NCBI GenBank assembly: GCA_015063855.1
Contig: SVTI01000002.1
Span: forward strand, 1-55,971
Reading direction: 5' to 3'
Source of the DNA: Oscillospiraceae bacterium
GTDB lineage: Bacteria > Bacillota > Clostridia > Oscillospirales > CAG-272
DNA length: 55,971 nucleotides
Shown here: piece after piece, positions 33,999-42,938 of the stretch
How positions within the stretch are numbered: the first letter of the stretch is position 1
Layout: every line of letters starts with the position of its first letter
Notes under the pieces: generated by a model
The model's database searches: none
Told to the model about the DNA's origin: nothing
What the model saw: the letters and a program-made list of their open reading frames with translations, nothing else
Translations under genes and position numbers: made by a program

Positions 33999-36308
33999 AT
34001 GAAAAAATACTTAATTTTTGACGATGTTTTTCCGGGCAGACACTTTGAAAGAAGCTTTTTTAAATTTTGTCTTATAAAACAGCTTAGCTTGATAAGGTTT
34101 CTGCCCCTTTATTTGGTTTATAATTTTCTTTACTTTTTCCGTATTAAAAAAAGAGAGGCATATCTTTCGGTCAGATGGAGCTTTATCGGCGAGGTTAAGG
34201 CTCTTGATGTCAAAATCGAAAGCTTCCTTAACCGTAAAATGAAGAGGGTATATATTCCCGATAAGGACGTTTGTATTTTGAGCGAGCATCCGAGACAGCT
34301 TTTGGAAAACCGCTTCGATAGTCTTACAGCCAATATCTACGATTGTGAAAAGAGAAGCTTCCCGTGCTTCAAGCGTTCTTTTGATTTTATCGAAGAAGAG
34401 CATTATGAGGCTTACGGCGCTATGTTCACCTCGGTGATGCGTAATGCGGCTGTCAGACATTATATCCGTGGAAAAAAGGTGTTCGGCTCGGCCGCAGCAT
34501 ATATAGCTAAGGTCGTGTTTCATTATGCCGTATCCTATTCGGTGATGACCGCCTGGTCCTTTGCCATAGGATTAAGCACACTTTATTTTGCTTGCAGGCA
34601 TCATCTTCAGCACGCCAACATTTTCTTTTCCTATCTTGAGCGTCCGACTGTACTTTTGCTAAACGTGATGCCCGTGGTCTTTCTTTGTTGGCTCTTATAT
34701 TTTATTTTCAACAATACGGCGATCGCATGCCTTCTTTCTTCGGGTATATGCCTTGTACTGTCTTGGATAAATTATTATAAGATCTTTTTCAGAAACGACC
34801 CATTCCTTTTCGGTGATCTTGCCATAGCCATGGAAGCGAAAATGATGACCGAAAGCTATAAGGTAGTGCTGACTCCCTTGATAAAGGTCATGATAATAGC
34901 GGTGATACTTTTTGCCGTTGTTATGCTAATATATTTCAGAGCTCCGATAAAGAATCTTTTTATCAGGCTTATATGCCTCGTGCTGACTGTATTAATAGGC
35001 TATAATTGCTTTGTCAACGTATATCTCGATGTTGATAAATACACAGAGGCTCTTGACGGAAGATATATCAAGGCATGGGCTACAAACGAGCATTTTATCA
35101 GTCGCGGATTTCTCTACCCCTTTATATACAGCTATAAGGATGCCTTTGATACTGAACCTGAGGGATATAATGAAGAATATGCCGTTTCTCTTCTTTCGGA
35201 TTATAAATATGCCGATATCCCTGAGGAAAAGAAGGTCAACGTTATCAGCATTATGCTTGAAAGCTGGGGTGATTTTTCAAAATTCGAAAGCGTGGAATTT
35301 CTTGAGGGCAAAAATCCCTATGAGATGCTTGAGCCCTTATATGAGATGTCCTATCATGGCGAGCTTGTAAACGATATATTTTCTGCAGGTACCGTTAATA
35401 CGGAAAGACAATTTCTTACAGGTCTGAATAAGCTTTTTAATTTCAGAAAGCCCACGAACAGCTACGCTTGGTATTTTGCCGATCAGGGCTATACCGTTGA
35501 GGGTGGACATCCCTGCCATGATTGGTTCTATAACAGACAGAATATCAACAGAAATCTCGGATTTGAGAAATACTATTTCGATCAGAACAGATATCTTGAT
35601 CTGACAGGCAAGTACAACTGTACAGATTCCGAAATGTTCCCCGATATAATGACTCTTTTCGATGCAGCTATGGACAGAGGCGAGGATTATTTTTCCTTTA
35701 ACGTTACCTACGAGGGACACGGACCCTACGCCTATGACGTCAAGTATCCCTATGAGTATATCGAGCGAAAGGATATCAGCGAGCAGAACTTCAATAATTT
35801 TAACAATTATCTTGCGAAGATGGAGTCTGTAAATAAAGCTGTTACGGAGCTTGCGGACGAGGTCATGGACAGAGACGAGCCGCTGGTGCTTATTCTCTTC
35901 GGAGACCATATGCCCGGATTGGGTGAAAACAATTCGGGATATGCCTCGCTCGGTATAAATATAGATCTTTCCACCGAGGAGGGCTTCCTTAATTATTATT
36001 CCACGCCCTATGTAATTTTGGCAAATGATGCGGCAAAAAAGACCCTTGATAATGATTTTACAGGTCAAGGACCGACTATTGGCCCGTGTTTCCTTATGAC
36101 CGAATTTTTCAGGCAGGCGGGATATATCGGAGACGAATATATGCAGTATCTTGCGGATATGTATAAGGAATTTCAGGTATACCACAGCTTCGGTGTGATA
36201 ATGGACGAGGGTAAGCTTATGTTAAAGGATTATTCGGATTATTCTAAGAGCAAATCTGATTTTAATATCGTTCAGTATTACCGCAGAAATGAGTTTATCT
36301 ACGGATGA
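33999..36308 (+). CDS. LTA-synthase/sulfatase-family polytopic membrane protein with an additional N-terminal region
   Basis: Multiple TM helices at about aa 170-340. The extracellular domain has IMLESWGDF, a TVNTERQFLTG nucleophile region and FGDHMPG. Confidence 0.75.
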   Translation: MKKYLIFDDVFPGRHFERSFFKFCLIKQLSLIRFLPLYLVYNFLYFFRIKKREAYLSVRWSFIGEVKALDVKIESFLNRKMKRVYIPDKDVCILSEHPRQLLENRFDSLTANIYDCEKRSFPCFKRSFDFIEEEHYEAYGAMFTSVMRNAAVRHYIRGKKVFGSAAAYIAKVVFHYAVSYSVMTAWSFAIGLSTLYFACRHHLQHANIFFSYLERPTVLLLNVMPVVFLCWLLYFIFNNTAIACLLSSGICLVLSWINYYKIFFRNDPFLFGDLAIAMEAKMMTESYKVVLTPLIKVMIIAVILFAVVMLIYFRAPIKNLFIRLICLVLTVLIGYNCFVNVYLDVDKYTEALDGRYIKAWATNEHFISRGFLYPFIYSYKDAFDTEPEGYNEEYAVSLLSDYKYADIPEEKKVNVISIMLESWGDFSKFESVEFLEGKNPYEMLEPLYEMSYHGELVNDIFSAGTVNTERQFLTGLNKLFNFRKPTNSYAWYFADQGYTVEGGHPCHDWFYNRQNINRNLGFEKYYFDQNRYLDLTGKYNCTDSEMFPDIMTLFDAAMDRGEDYFSFNVTYEGHGPYAYDVKYPYEYIERKDISEQNFNNFNNYLAKMESVNKAVTELADEVMDRDEPLVLILFGDHMPGLGENNSGYASLGINIDLSTEEGFLNYYSTPYVILANDAAKKTLDNDFTGQGPTIGPCFLMTEFFRQAGYIGDEYMQYLADMYKEFQVYHSFGVIMDEGKLMLKDYSDYSKSKSDFNIVQYYRRNEFIYG

Positions 36309-37223
36309 TCACAGTATTAAGGATTTGAAAAGCATTTTTCTTATAGAAACATAAATAGGTATAAGATCGCTTGGCGGCAGAGGGTTGGTACCTCTGCCGC
36401 ATTCTATTGTATAGGCAGGGGCATCGTACTCTGATACATACCAATCCTTTAATCCACCATAGCTTGCCGCTCCCGATTCGGGCTGACAGAGGGTATATCC
36501 CGAGGCATTAGCCAGCACCGATGCTGCTCTCCGGCTGCCTTTTGGCTCGTGACCGTTATAGCCTGAGTATATCTCTTCGCCTTGTGTGTGAAGGGTGAAA
36601 ATATATTTAAAGGGAGAAAGTGTGCGTATGAATGCTGTTATGGCAGAGGTCTCGGGCTCGCTTTCGGGGTATTCTCCCGAATATCGTGTGGCACTGCCGC
36701 CGTAAATACCGAGCTCCTTTTCGATATTCTTGTATTCCTCAAATCCTGCATTATAGTTATGGTTGAGATCTACTCCCCTTGCATTTGCCTGCCAATGTGA
36801 AAAATCCGAGCTTTTGTTATTCATTTCGATCAGCCTTTGGTACATGATATTATCCTCGGTTACCCCATGAAGCTGTATATCCGCACCGTCAGGATTTAGC
36901 ATAGGTATCATATAGATGCATCGGGTCTTTAATATGTATTCCGAGCTTACACCGTAGATCATTCTGCTATATGAAAGGTACTCGCACAGCTCCTCAAGAA
37001 AACGTATCAGTATGCCTGTGGTGATACGCTCCATTCCGTGATGAGTACCTACGTACAGAAGCTTGCTTTTACCCTCGCCTATTCTTACAGCGGGTATCGG
37101 TTTTCCCAAAAGAGAGCTTCCGATGGTGGTCATGAAGAGCTTGTCGTATTTTTTAGAAAGAGTGTTAAGCGCGATCAAAAGCGATTTATGGTCTATTTCA
37201 TTTTTATAAAAATTCTTGTCCAT
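36309..37223 (-). CDS. M14-family zinc carboxypeptidase (gamma-D-glutamyl-diamino-acid peptidase-like)
   Basis: HHGMERIT (HxxE zinc site), NPDG and HTQGEEIY motifs. AAGGAG RBS. Confidence 0.75.
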   Translation of the reverse strand: MDKNFYKNEIDHKSLLIALNTLSKKYDKLFMTTIGSSLLGKPIPAVRIGEGKSKLLYVGTHHGMERITTGILIRFLEELCEYLSYSRMIYGVSSEYILKTRCIYMIPMLNPDGADIQLHGVTEDNIMYQRLIEMNNKSSDFSHWQANARGVDLNHNYNAGFEEYKNIEKELGIYGGSATRYSGEYPESEPETSAITAFIRTLSPFKYIFTLHTQGEEIYSGYNGHEPKGSRRAASVLANASGYTLCQPESGAASYGGLKDWYVSEYDAPAYTIECGRGTNPLPPSDLIPIYVSIRKMLFKSLIL

Positions 37224-37276
37224 TATATTCTCCTTTATCTAAATGATACATTTTATGAAAAAAAGAGAAAAAATAT

Positions 37277-37290
37277 GCGAACATTTGTTT
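37277..37290. promoter_or_regulatory. LexA (Cheo/SOS) box
   Basis: CGAACATTTGTTTG compared with the Firmicute consensus CGAAC-N4-GTTCG. It overlaps the -35 of the lexA promoter. Confidence 0.7.
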
Positions 37291-37316
37291 GACAAATCGT
37301 ATCATATATGATATAA
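37288..37316 (+). promoter_or_regulatory. lexA promoter
   Basis: TTGACA (37288-37293), a 17-nt spacer, then TATAAT (37311-37316). Confidence 0.65.
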
Positions 37317-37349
37317 TAACTCTATATAAATAAATGGGAGGAGAAATAT

Positions 37350-37961
37350 ATGCAGCCCCTGACCAAGAAGGAACAGCAGGTATATGATTATATTTACGAA
37401 GCGATAAGCCGTGAGGGCTTTTCGCCCAGTATTCGCGATATTCAGACTAACGTAGGTATTAAAAGCACCTCCACCGTTCATGCCTATCTTGCTCGTTTGG
37501 AGGAGAAGGGATATATACATAAGGAAAACGGTAAGAGCCGAAGTCTGCGTATAGATTCGGTAAACAGGGACAGCCGTCAGATAACCAAGGTGCCTCTTTT
37601 AGGCAAGGTTACCGCAGGTATGCCTATTTTAGCTGTTGAGAACTTTGAGGGATATCTTGATTTTCCCTTGATGAACCGCTCATACGGAAGAAATGAACTT
37701 TTTGCCCTTCGCGTATCCGGCGAGAGTATGATAGATGCCGGTATTATGGACGGAGATATCGTTGTGATAAAGAAGGAGCAATATGCAGAGAACGGTCAGA
37801 TCGTTGTAGCTCTGGTGGATGATGAGGCTACTGTAAAGACCTTCTATAAGGAGAACGGTCATTACAGACTTCAGCCCGAGAACCCTACAATGGAGCCTAT
37901 TATAGTCGAGGATGTTTATATACTCGGCAAGGTAGTGTCTGTATTGCGATATTATCAATGA
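37350..37961 (+). CDS. lexA: LexA repressor
   Basis: Winged-helix N-terminus (LTKKEQQVYDYIYEAISREGFSPSIRDI). AG cleavage site (VTAGMPILA). S24 peptidase motifs GESM and K in VVIKK. Confidence 0.95.
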   Translation: MQPLTKKEQQVYDYIYEAISREGFSPSIRDIQTNVGIKSTSTVHAYLARLEEKGYIHKENGKSRSLRIDSVNRDSRQITKVPLLGKVTAGMPILAVENFEGYLDFPLMNRSYGRNELFALRVSGESMIDAGIMDGDIVVIKKEQYAENGQIVVALVDDEATVKTFYKENGHYRLQPENPTMEPIIVEDVYILGKVVSVLRYYQ

Positions 37962-38047
37962 AATTCATAAAATTTATTGACTTTAAATTACCGATATATT
38001 ATAATAAAAACAACTAGTTTAAAATCAAAATACGGAGGTATTTAATA

Positions 38048-39139
38048 ATGGATAAGGTAAGAGTTGGTATAATTGGCTGTGGCGGTATTGCCAACGGCAA
38101 GCACATGCCCTCACTTGCACAGGTTAAAGAATGTGAAATGGTTGCTTTCTGCGATCTCATCGAAGAGAAGGCAAAGGCAGCAGCTAAGAAGTTCGGCATT
38201 GAAGGTGCAAAGGTTTACACCGATTATAAGGAGCTTCTTGCTGACAAGAGCATTGACGTAGTTCATGTATGTACTCCTAATCGTTCTCACAGCTTCATTA
38301 CTGTTGATGCTCTTGAGGCAGGCAAGCATGTTATGTGTGAAAAGCCCATGGCTATCAACTCCGCAGAGGCACAGAAGATGATCGATGCGGCAAAACGTAC
38401 CGGTAAGAAGCTTACTATCGGTTATCAGAACAGACACCGTCCCGATTCCCTCTTTATGAAGCAGGAGGCTTTGGATGGTACATTCGGCGAAATTTATTAT
38501 GCGAAAGCTATTGCTCTTCGCCGCCGCGCAGTTCCCACATGGGGTGTATTTCTCAACGAGTATGAGCAGGGTGGCGGTCCCCTTATTGATATCGGTACTC
38601 ACGCTCTTGACCTTACTCTCTGGATGATGGACAACTACAAGCCCAAGTATTGTGTAGGTACTACATACCATAAGCTCAACAAGGACACTGAAACAGGTAA
38701 TGCGTGGGGAGACTGGGATACAGAAGCATTCACCGTTGAGGACTCCGCATTCGGTTTTGTTGTGATGGAGAACGGCGCTACTATCAATCTCGAATCCTCC
38801 TGGGCGCTCAATAAGAGGGGCTCCAAGGAAGCTATTACTACTATTTGCGGTACCAAGGGCGGTGCGGATATGCTTGATGGTCTTACACTTAACGGTGTAA
38901 GACACGGTAGAAAGTTTACTACTAAGATCAGTTTTGATGCAGGCGGAGTAGACTTCTATGATGGCGGTAACAGCGATGATCCCGCATTCCGTGAGGCTAA
39001 GCTTTGGATCGATGCGGTTATTAATGATAAGGAACCCTTCGTTCTTCCCGAGCAGGCATTCGCTATTACTCAGATCCTTGAAGGTATCTACGAATCTGCT
39101 AAAACAGGTAAAGCATTCTACTTTAATGAAGAAAAGTGA
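38048..39139 (+). CDS. Gfo/Idh/MocA-family oxidoreductase
   Basis: VGIIGCGGIANGKH Rossmann motif and CEKPMA motif. Confidence 0.85.
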   Translation: MDKVRVGIIGCGGIANGKHMPSLAQVKECEMVAFCDLIEEKAKAAAKKFGIEGAKVYTDYKELLADKSIDVVHVCTPNRSHSFITVDALEAGKHVMCEKPMAINSAEAQKMIDAAKRTGKKLTIGYQNRHRPDSLFMKQEALDGTFGEIYYAKAIALRRRAVPTWGVFLNEYEQGGGPLIDIGTHALDLTLWMMDNYKPKYCVGTTYHKLNKDTETGNAWGDWDTEAFTVEDSAFGFVVMENGATINLESSWALNKRGSKEAITTICGTKGGADMLDGLTLNGVRHGRKFTTKISFDAGGVDFYDGGNSDDPAFREAKLWIDAVINDKEPFVLPEQAFAITQILEGIYESAKTGKAFYFNEEK

Positions 39140-39149
39140 GGCAATATAG

Positions 39150-40118
39150 ATGAAACTCGGACTTTTAATAAGCCTTTACAGAACTGAAAAGCTTGACGAT
39201 GTTCTCGCAAAGATCAAGGAAAAAGGCGTTGAAATGATTGAAATTGCGGCAGGTGGTTACGGCGGCGATGATCACTGCAATCCTGCCCAGCTCCTTGCAA
39301 ACGAGGATAAGTTCCTTGAATTTGCTCATACAATAGAGAAGCACGGATTACAGATCTCCGCTTTCTCTGTGCACGGCAACCCTGTTCACCCCAATAAGGA
39401 GATCGCAAAGAAGTTTGATGATGACTATCGTAACTGCGTTCTTTTAGCAGAGCGTATGGGTGTTGATACCATCACACTCTTCTCAGGTTGTCCCGGTGGC
39501 AGCCCTGAGGATAAGACTCCTAACTGGGCTACATGTGCATGGCCTGATGATTTCCTTTCGGTTCTCGATTACCAGTGGAACGAGGTTCTTATTCCTTACT
39601 GGAAGGAAGCAGGAGCATTTGCCCAGGCTCACGGTGTAACCAAGCTTGCATTTGAGATGCATCCCGGCTTCTGTGTATATAATCCCGAGACCCTTCTTAA
39701 ATTAAGAAAGGCCGTGGGTCCCGTTATCGGTTGTAACTTTGACCCCTCTCATATCGTATGGCAGGGTATCGATCCCGTTGCCGCTATCCGCGAGCTTGAG
39801 GGTGCTATCTACCATTGTCACGCTAAGGATACCAAGGTTGATAAGTATAACACCGCAAAGAACGGTGTGCTTGATACCAAGCATTACAGCGATGAGCTTC
39901 ACCGCTCTTGGGTATTCCGTTCGGTTGGTTACGGCAACGATATGACCTACTGGCGCGATATGATAAGCAATCTCCGCCTTACAGGCTACGATTATGTAAT
40001 GTCCATCGAGCACGAGGATAGCGTAATGAGCATCGACGAAGGCTTTGATAAGGCAGTATATTTCTTAAAGCAGGCATTAATTAAAGAAGAAAAGCCCACA
40101 TCAATGGCTTGGGCATAA
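39150..40118 (+). CDS. sugar phosphate isomerase/epimerase (xylose isomerase-like TIM barrel)
   Basis: 322 aa with an AP endonuclease 2/xylose-isomerase-like pattern (LAFEMHPG, HCHAKD, SIEHED). Confidence 0.75.
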   Translation: MKLGLLISLYRTEKLDDVLAKIKEKGVEMIEIAAGGYGGDDHCNPAQLLANEDKFLEFAHTIEKHGLQISAFSVHGNPVHPNKEIAKKFDDDYRNCVLLAERMGVDTITLFSGCPGGSPEDKTPNWATCAWPDDFLSVLDYQWNEVLIPYWKEAGAFAQAHGVTKLAFEMHPGFCVYNPETLLKLRKAVGPVIGCNFDPSHIVWQGIDPVAAIRELEGAIYHCHAKDTKVDKYNTAKNGVLDTKHYSDELHRSWVFRSVGYGNDMTYWRDMISNLRLTGYDYVMSIEHEDSVMSIDEGFDKAVYFLKQALIKEEKPTSMAWA

Positions 40119-40144
40119 CAGCTGTTACAAAAGCATGTAAAAAA

Positions 40145-40336
40145 GCGGGCGCCGACCCGCACCGATGATCGGGCATGAACTACGTCAAAACCTCTAACTT
40201 CAATACCCGAAACGGAGCAATTTCCTATATATTTAAAAAAGTGGGCGCCGGCCCGCACCGATGATCGGGCATGAACTACGTCAAAACCTCTAACTTCAAT
40301 GCCCGAAACGGAGCAATTTCCTATATATTAAAAAAG
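40145..40336. repeat. tandem direct repeat, 2 x 96 bp, each unit containing two hairpins
   Basis: Units 40145-40240 and 40241-40336 differ at 5 of 96 positions. Read on the minus strand, each unit ends in a GC-rich hairpin followed by TTTTTT. Confidence 0.9.
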
Positions 40337-40357
40337 CACCCGAAAGGGTGCTTTTTG
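40330..40357. terminator. bidirectional terminator downstream of plsY
   Basis: GCACCC-GAAA-GGGTGC flanked by AAAAA and TTTTT. Confidence 0.8.
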
Positions 40358-40362
40358 TGTCA

Positions 40363-40989
40363 TTATTCTTCGTTTTTTCTCTTTGAGAATAGGAACTTCT
40401 TCATAAACACTCTTGCCTTAATATCCTCGCCTCTTGCCACTCTGCGGATTACAGGGATGTGCTTTATAATCAGCAACAGACTTATTGCTGTGGAAATCAG
40501 GGTTAGCGATAAATCCTTATGGCGCAATCCGGTCAGGATGGGGAAAATACAAGCGGCAGAAAGAGTAAGGGCTACACCGTAGTTGATAATTACCATTATT
40601 ACAAGACAAAGCACCAGAAGCATAATGAATATCAAAGGATCGAATGCAAGCACCATTCCTCCGTAGGATGCCAGCCCTTTGCCTCCTTTAAATTTCATGT
40701 AGAAGGGGAACATGTGTCCGATTACTGTGGAGGCTCCGGCGATAAGGGGTGCACAGATAATACCGGGAAAAGCAAGAGCTGCAAGCTTTACCGCCAGTAC
40801 TGCCTTTGTGATATCGAATACCATTACAAATATTCCGTATAATTTACCTATCACCATTAAGGTGTTGGTTGCACCCAAGTTTCCTGTGCCCTCCTTACGG
40901 AGATCTACCTTTTTAAGTTTAGATATCAAAGCAGCCGGACTTACCGAACCCAACAGATATCCCAGTAATATACATAAAGCTATTTTCAT
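40363..40989 (-). CDS. plsY: glycerol-3-phosphate acyltransferase PlsY
   Basis: LLGYLLGSVSPA, GTGNLGATN and FKGGKG motifs in a polytopic protein of 208 aa. Confidence 0.92.
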   Translation of the reverse strand: MKIALCILLGYLLGSVSPAALISKLKKVDLRKEGTGNLGATNTLMVIGKLYGIFVMVFDITKAVLAVKLAALAFPGIICAPLIAGASTVIGHMFPFYMKFKGGKGLASYGGMVLAFDPLIFIMLLVLCLVIMVIINYGVALTLSAACIFPILTGLRHKDLSLTLISTAISLLLIIKHIPVIRRVARGEDIKARVFMKKFLFSKRKNEE

Positions 40990-41165
40990 TGGAACTAATT
41001 ATCCTTTTTAATATTTACATGATATATATTATCATAAATTGTAAAAAAATTCAAGAAAATATTATTTTTATAACAAAATTTTAACGACATAAGGTTATAA
41101 TATGAAAAATTAGCACTCTCGACTACCAATTAACAAATAATTCACAATAAAAATTATGAAATCTC

Positions 41166-41194
41166 TTGACATAATCGGCGCTAAGTGGTAAATT
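41166..41194 (+). promoter_or_regulatory. hrcA operon promoter candidate
   Basis: TTGACA, a 17-nt spacer, then TGgTAAATT, immediately upstream of CIRCE. Confidence 0.55.
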
Positions 41195-41205
41195 ATAATC
41201 ATAGT

Positions 41206-41232
41206 TTAGCACTTGAATGTATTGAGTGCTAA
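41206..41232. promoter_or_regulatory. CIRCE operator (HrcA binding site)
   Basis: TTAGCACTT-N9-GAGTGCTAA compared with the consensus TTAGCACTC-N9-GAGTGCTAA. Confidence 0.9.
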
Positions 41233-41249
41233 AATTGGAGGTGAAAAGG

Positions 41250-42326
41250 ATGGGAATAGAGTTTTCTGATCTCAGTGAACGAAAAAAGCTGATATTAAAG
41301 GCTATAATCGATGCTCATATCCGTGGCGGTGAGCCTGTGGGTTCAAAATATCTGACTCAGAACCTGCCCATAAGCATATCCTCCGCAACTATCCGAAATG
41401 AGATGTCCGAGCTTGAGGAGATGGGACTTCTTGAACAACCTCATACCTCTGCAGGAAGGGTGCCGAGTGAATACGGTTACCGCTTCTATGTGGATTCTCT
41501 TATGAGAAGCTATGAGATGACCATGAATGAGCTTCAGGAGCTTAACCGTCTTACCAAAAGCAAGGTGGAAAGGCTTGATGAGATCCTTGAGGGAGCGGCA
41601 CAGGTCATGGGTAACCTTACCAACTATACAGCGCTTGCCTTTAAAGGAAGAAGAGCGGCTACCGTTATAACTCAGTTCAAGACGATGAGAATGGGAATAG
41701 GTAAATTTCTGCTCGTTATGATGACCAGTAACGATAACGTACAGACCAAGGTGATCAATCACAGCTTTGAGGTAAGTGATGAAACTCTTGAGCGTCTGGA
41801 ACTTGTACTGAACAGATATCTCTGCTCGGTAAATCTTGAAGCGGTCACTCTGTCCGTTATCTCCGAGATGGAGAGAGCGGTCGGATATGAGGCGGCTCCG
41901 CTTATAAGTCCTATAGTCAAGGGAGTTTATGACGTTATTAATCAGAACTCCGAGGAGGAGCTTAAGTTTGCCGGTGTAGACAGACTCCTTCAATATCCCG
42001 AGTTTTCAGATGTGGGCAAGTTCAGACAGCTTCTCGGTGCTATAGAGAAGAAGGACGATATCCTTGATCTTGTATCCCATTCAAAGAAGGATGAGATCAA
42101 TGTATATATCGGCTCTGAAAATTCTGTGGATGTTATGAATAATTCCACGCTTATTTTCAGAACCATAACACAGAACGATAAGGTGGTAGGAGCTATCGGA
42201 GTTATAGGACCTTGCAGAATGGATTATTCCAAGGTTATAGCCACCATTGATTATCTGTCGAAGAATATTCAGCAGATGATGAACAACGATAATAAATTAC
42301 TTCCCGAAAGTGAGGATAAACAATGA
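41250..42326 (+). CDS. hrcA: heat-inducible transcription repressor HrcA
   Basis: LSERKKLILKAIIDAHIRGGEPVGSKYL winged-helix N-terminus. Start at ATG 41250 after a GGAGGTG RBS. Located in the hrcA-grpE-dnaK-dnaJ context. Confidence 0.93.
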   Translation: MGIEFSDLSERKKLILKAIIDAHIRGGEPVGSKYLTQNLPISISSATIRNEMSELEEMGLLEQPHTSAGRVPSEYGYRFYVDSLMRSYEMTMNELQELNRLTKSKVERLDEILEGAAQVMGNLTNYTALAFKGRRAATVITQFKTMRMGIGKFLLVMMTSNDNVQTKVINHSFEVSDETLERLELVLNRYLCSVNLEAVTLSVISEMERAVGYEAAPLISPIVKGVYDVINQNSEEELKFAGVDRLLQYPEFSDVGKFRQLLGAIEKKDDILDLVSHSKKDEINVYIGSENSVDVMNNSTLIFRTITQNDKVVGAIGVIGPCRMDYSKVIATIDYLSKNIQQMMNNDNKLLPESEDKQ

Positions 42327-42871
42327 CAGAAGAGATCAAGGAAGAGGAGCTTGTGACCGAGGAAGAGGTACAGGCCGAGGAAACGGTAGAAGAAAAGCCC
42401 AAAAAATCAAAGAAAAAGAATGACAAAAAGGATGCTGAAATTGAAGCGCTTAAGAACGAGATGGCAGATCTCAACGATAAGTATCTTCGTGTGGTAGCAG
42501 AGTATGATAACTTCCGCCGCCGTGCACAGAAGGAAAGAGAGGGTGCGTACACCGACGCTTACGTTGATGCTATAAAGGAAATTCTCCCTGTTATTGATAA
42601 TCTGGAGAGAGCGACCGCTTTCAGCGATAACGACAAGGTTTCTGAGGGTGTAGCACTTACCCTTACACAGTTCAAGGCAACTCTTGAAAGAATGGGTGTT
42701 GCAGAGATCACAGCGGAAAAGGGAACAAAGTTTGACCCTAACTTCCACAATGCGATGATGCACGTTGATGACGAATCTCTTGGTGATAATGAGATATCCT
42801 CTGTTCTTCAGAAGGGATATATCAAGGGCGAAAAGGTTATCCGCTATTCAATGGTAGTGGTAGCTAATTAA
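42323..42871 (+). CDS. grpE: nucleotide exchange factor GrpE
   Basis: Acidic N-terminus, then YLRVVAEYDNFRRRAQKE and the C-terminal FDPNFHNAMMHV motif. ATGA overlap with hrcA. Confidence 0.93.
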   Translation: MTEEIKEEELVTEEEVQAEETVEEKPKKSKKKNDKKDAEIEALKNEMADLNDKYLRVVAEYDNFRRRAQKEREGAYTDAYVDAIKEILPVIDNLERATAFSDNDKVSEGVALTLTQFKATLERMGVAEITAEKGTKFDPNFHNAMMHVDDESLGDNEISSVLQKGYIKGEKVIRYSMVVVAN

Positions 42872-42938
42872 ACAACAACACGAAGGTGTTTATATATAAA
42901 TTAAAAAAAGAACTTTACCTATTTAGGAGGAAAATAAA

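Noticed and set aside
40145-40336. Possible CRISPR array
   Set aside because: There are only two directly abutting 96-bp units with no spacers, no cas genes nearby, and a repeat length outside the CRISPR range.
40271-40582. A 103-aa ORF, and a 29-codon ORF in the first repeat unit (40171-40260), starting with MNYVKTSNFN inside the 96-bp repeats
   Set aside because: No Shine-Dalgarno precedes either ATG. The second ORF continues antisense through plsY. The two copies diverge in frame after the repeat. A structured non-coding element explains the conservation better.
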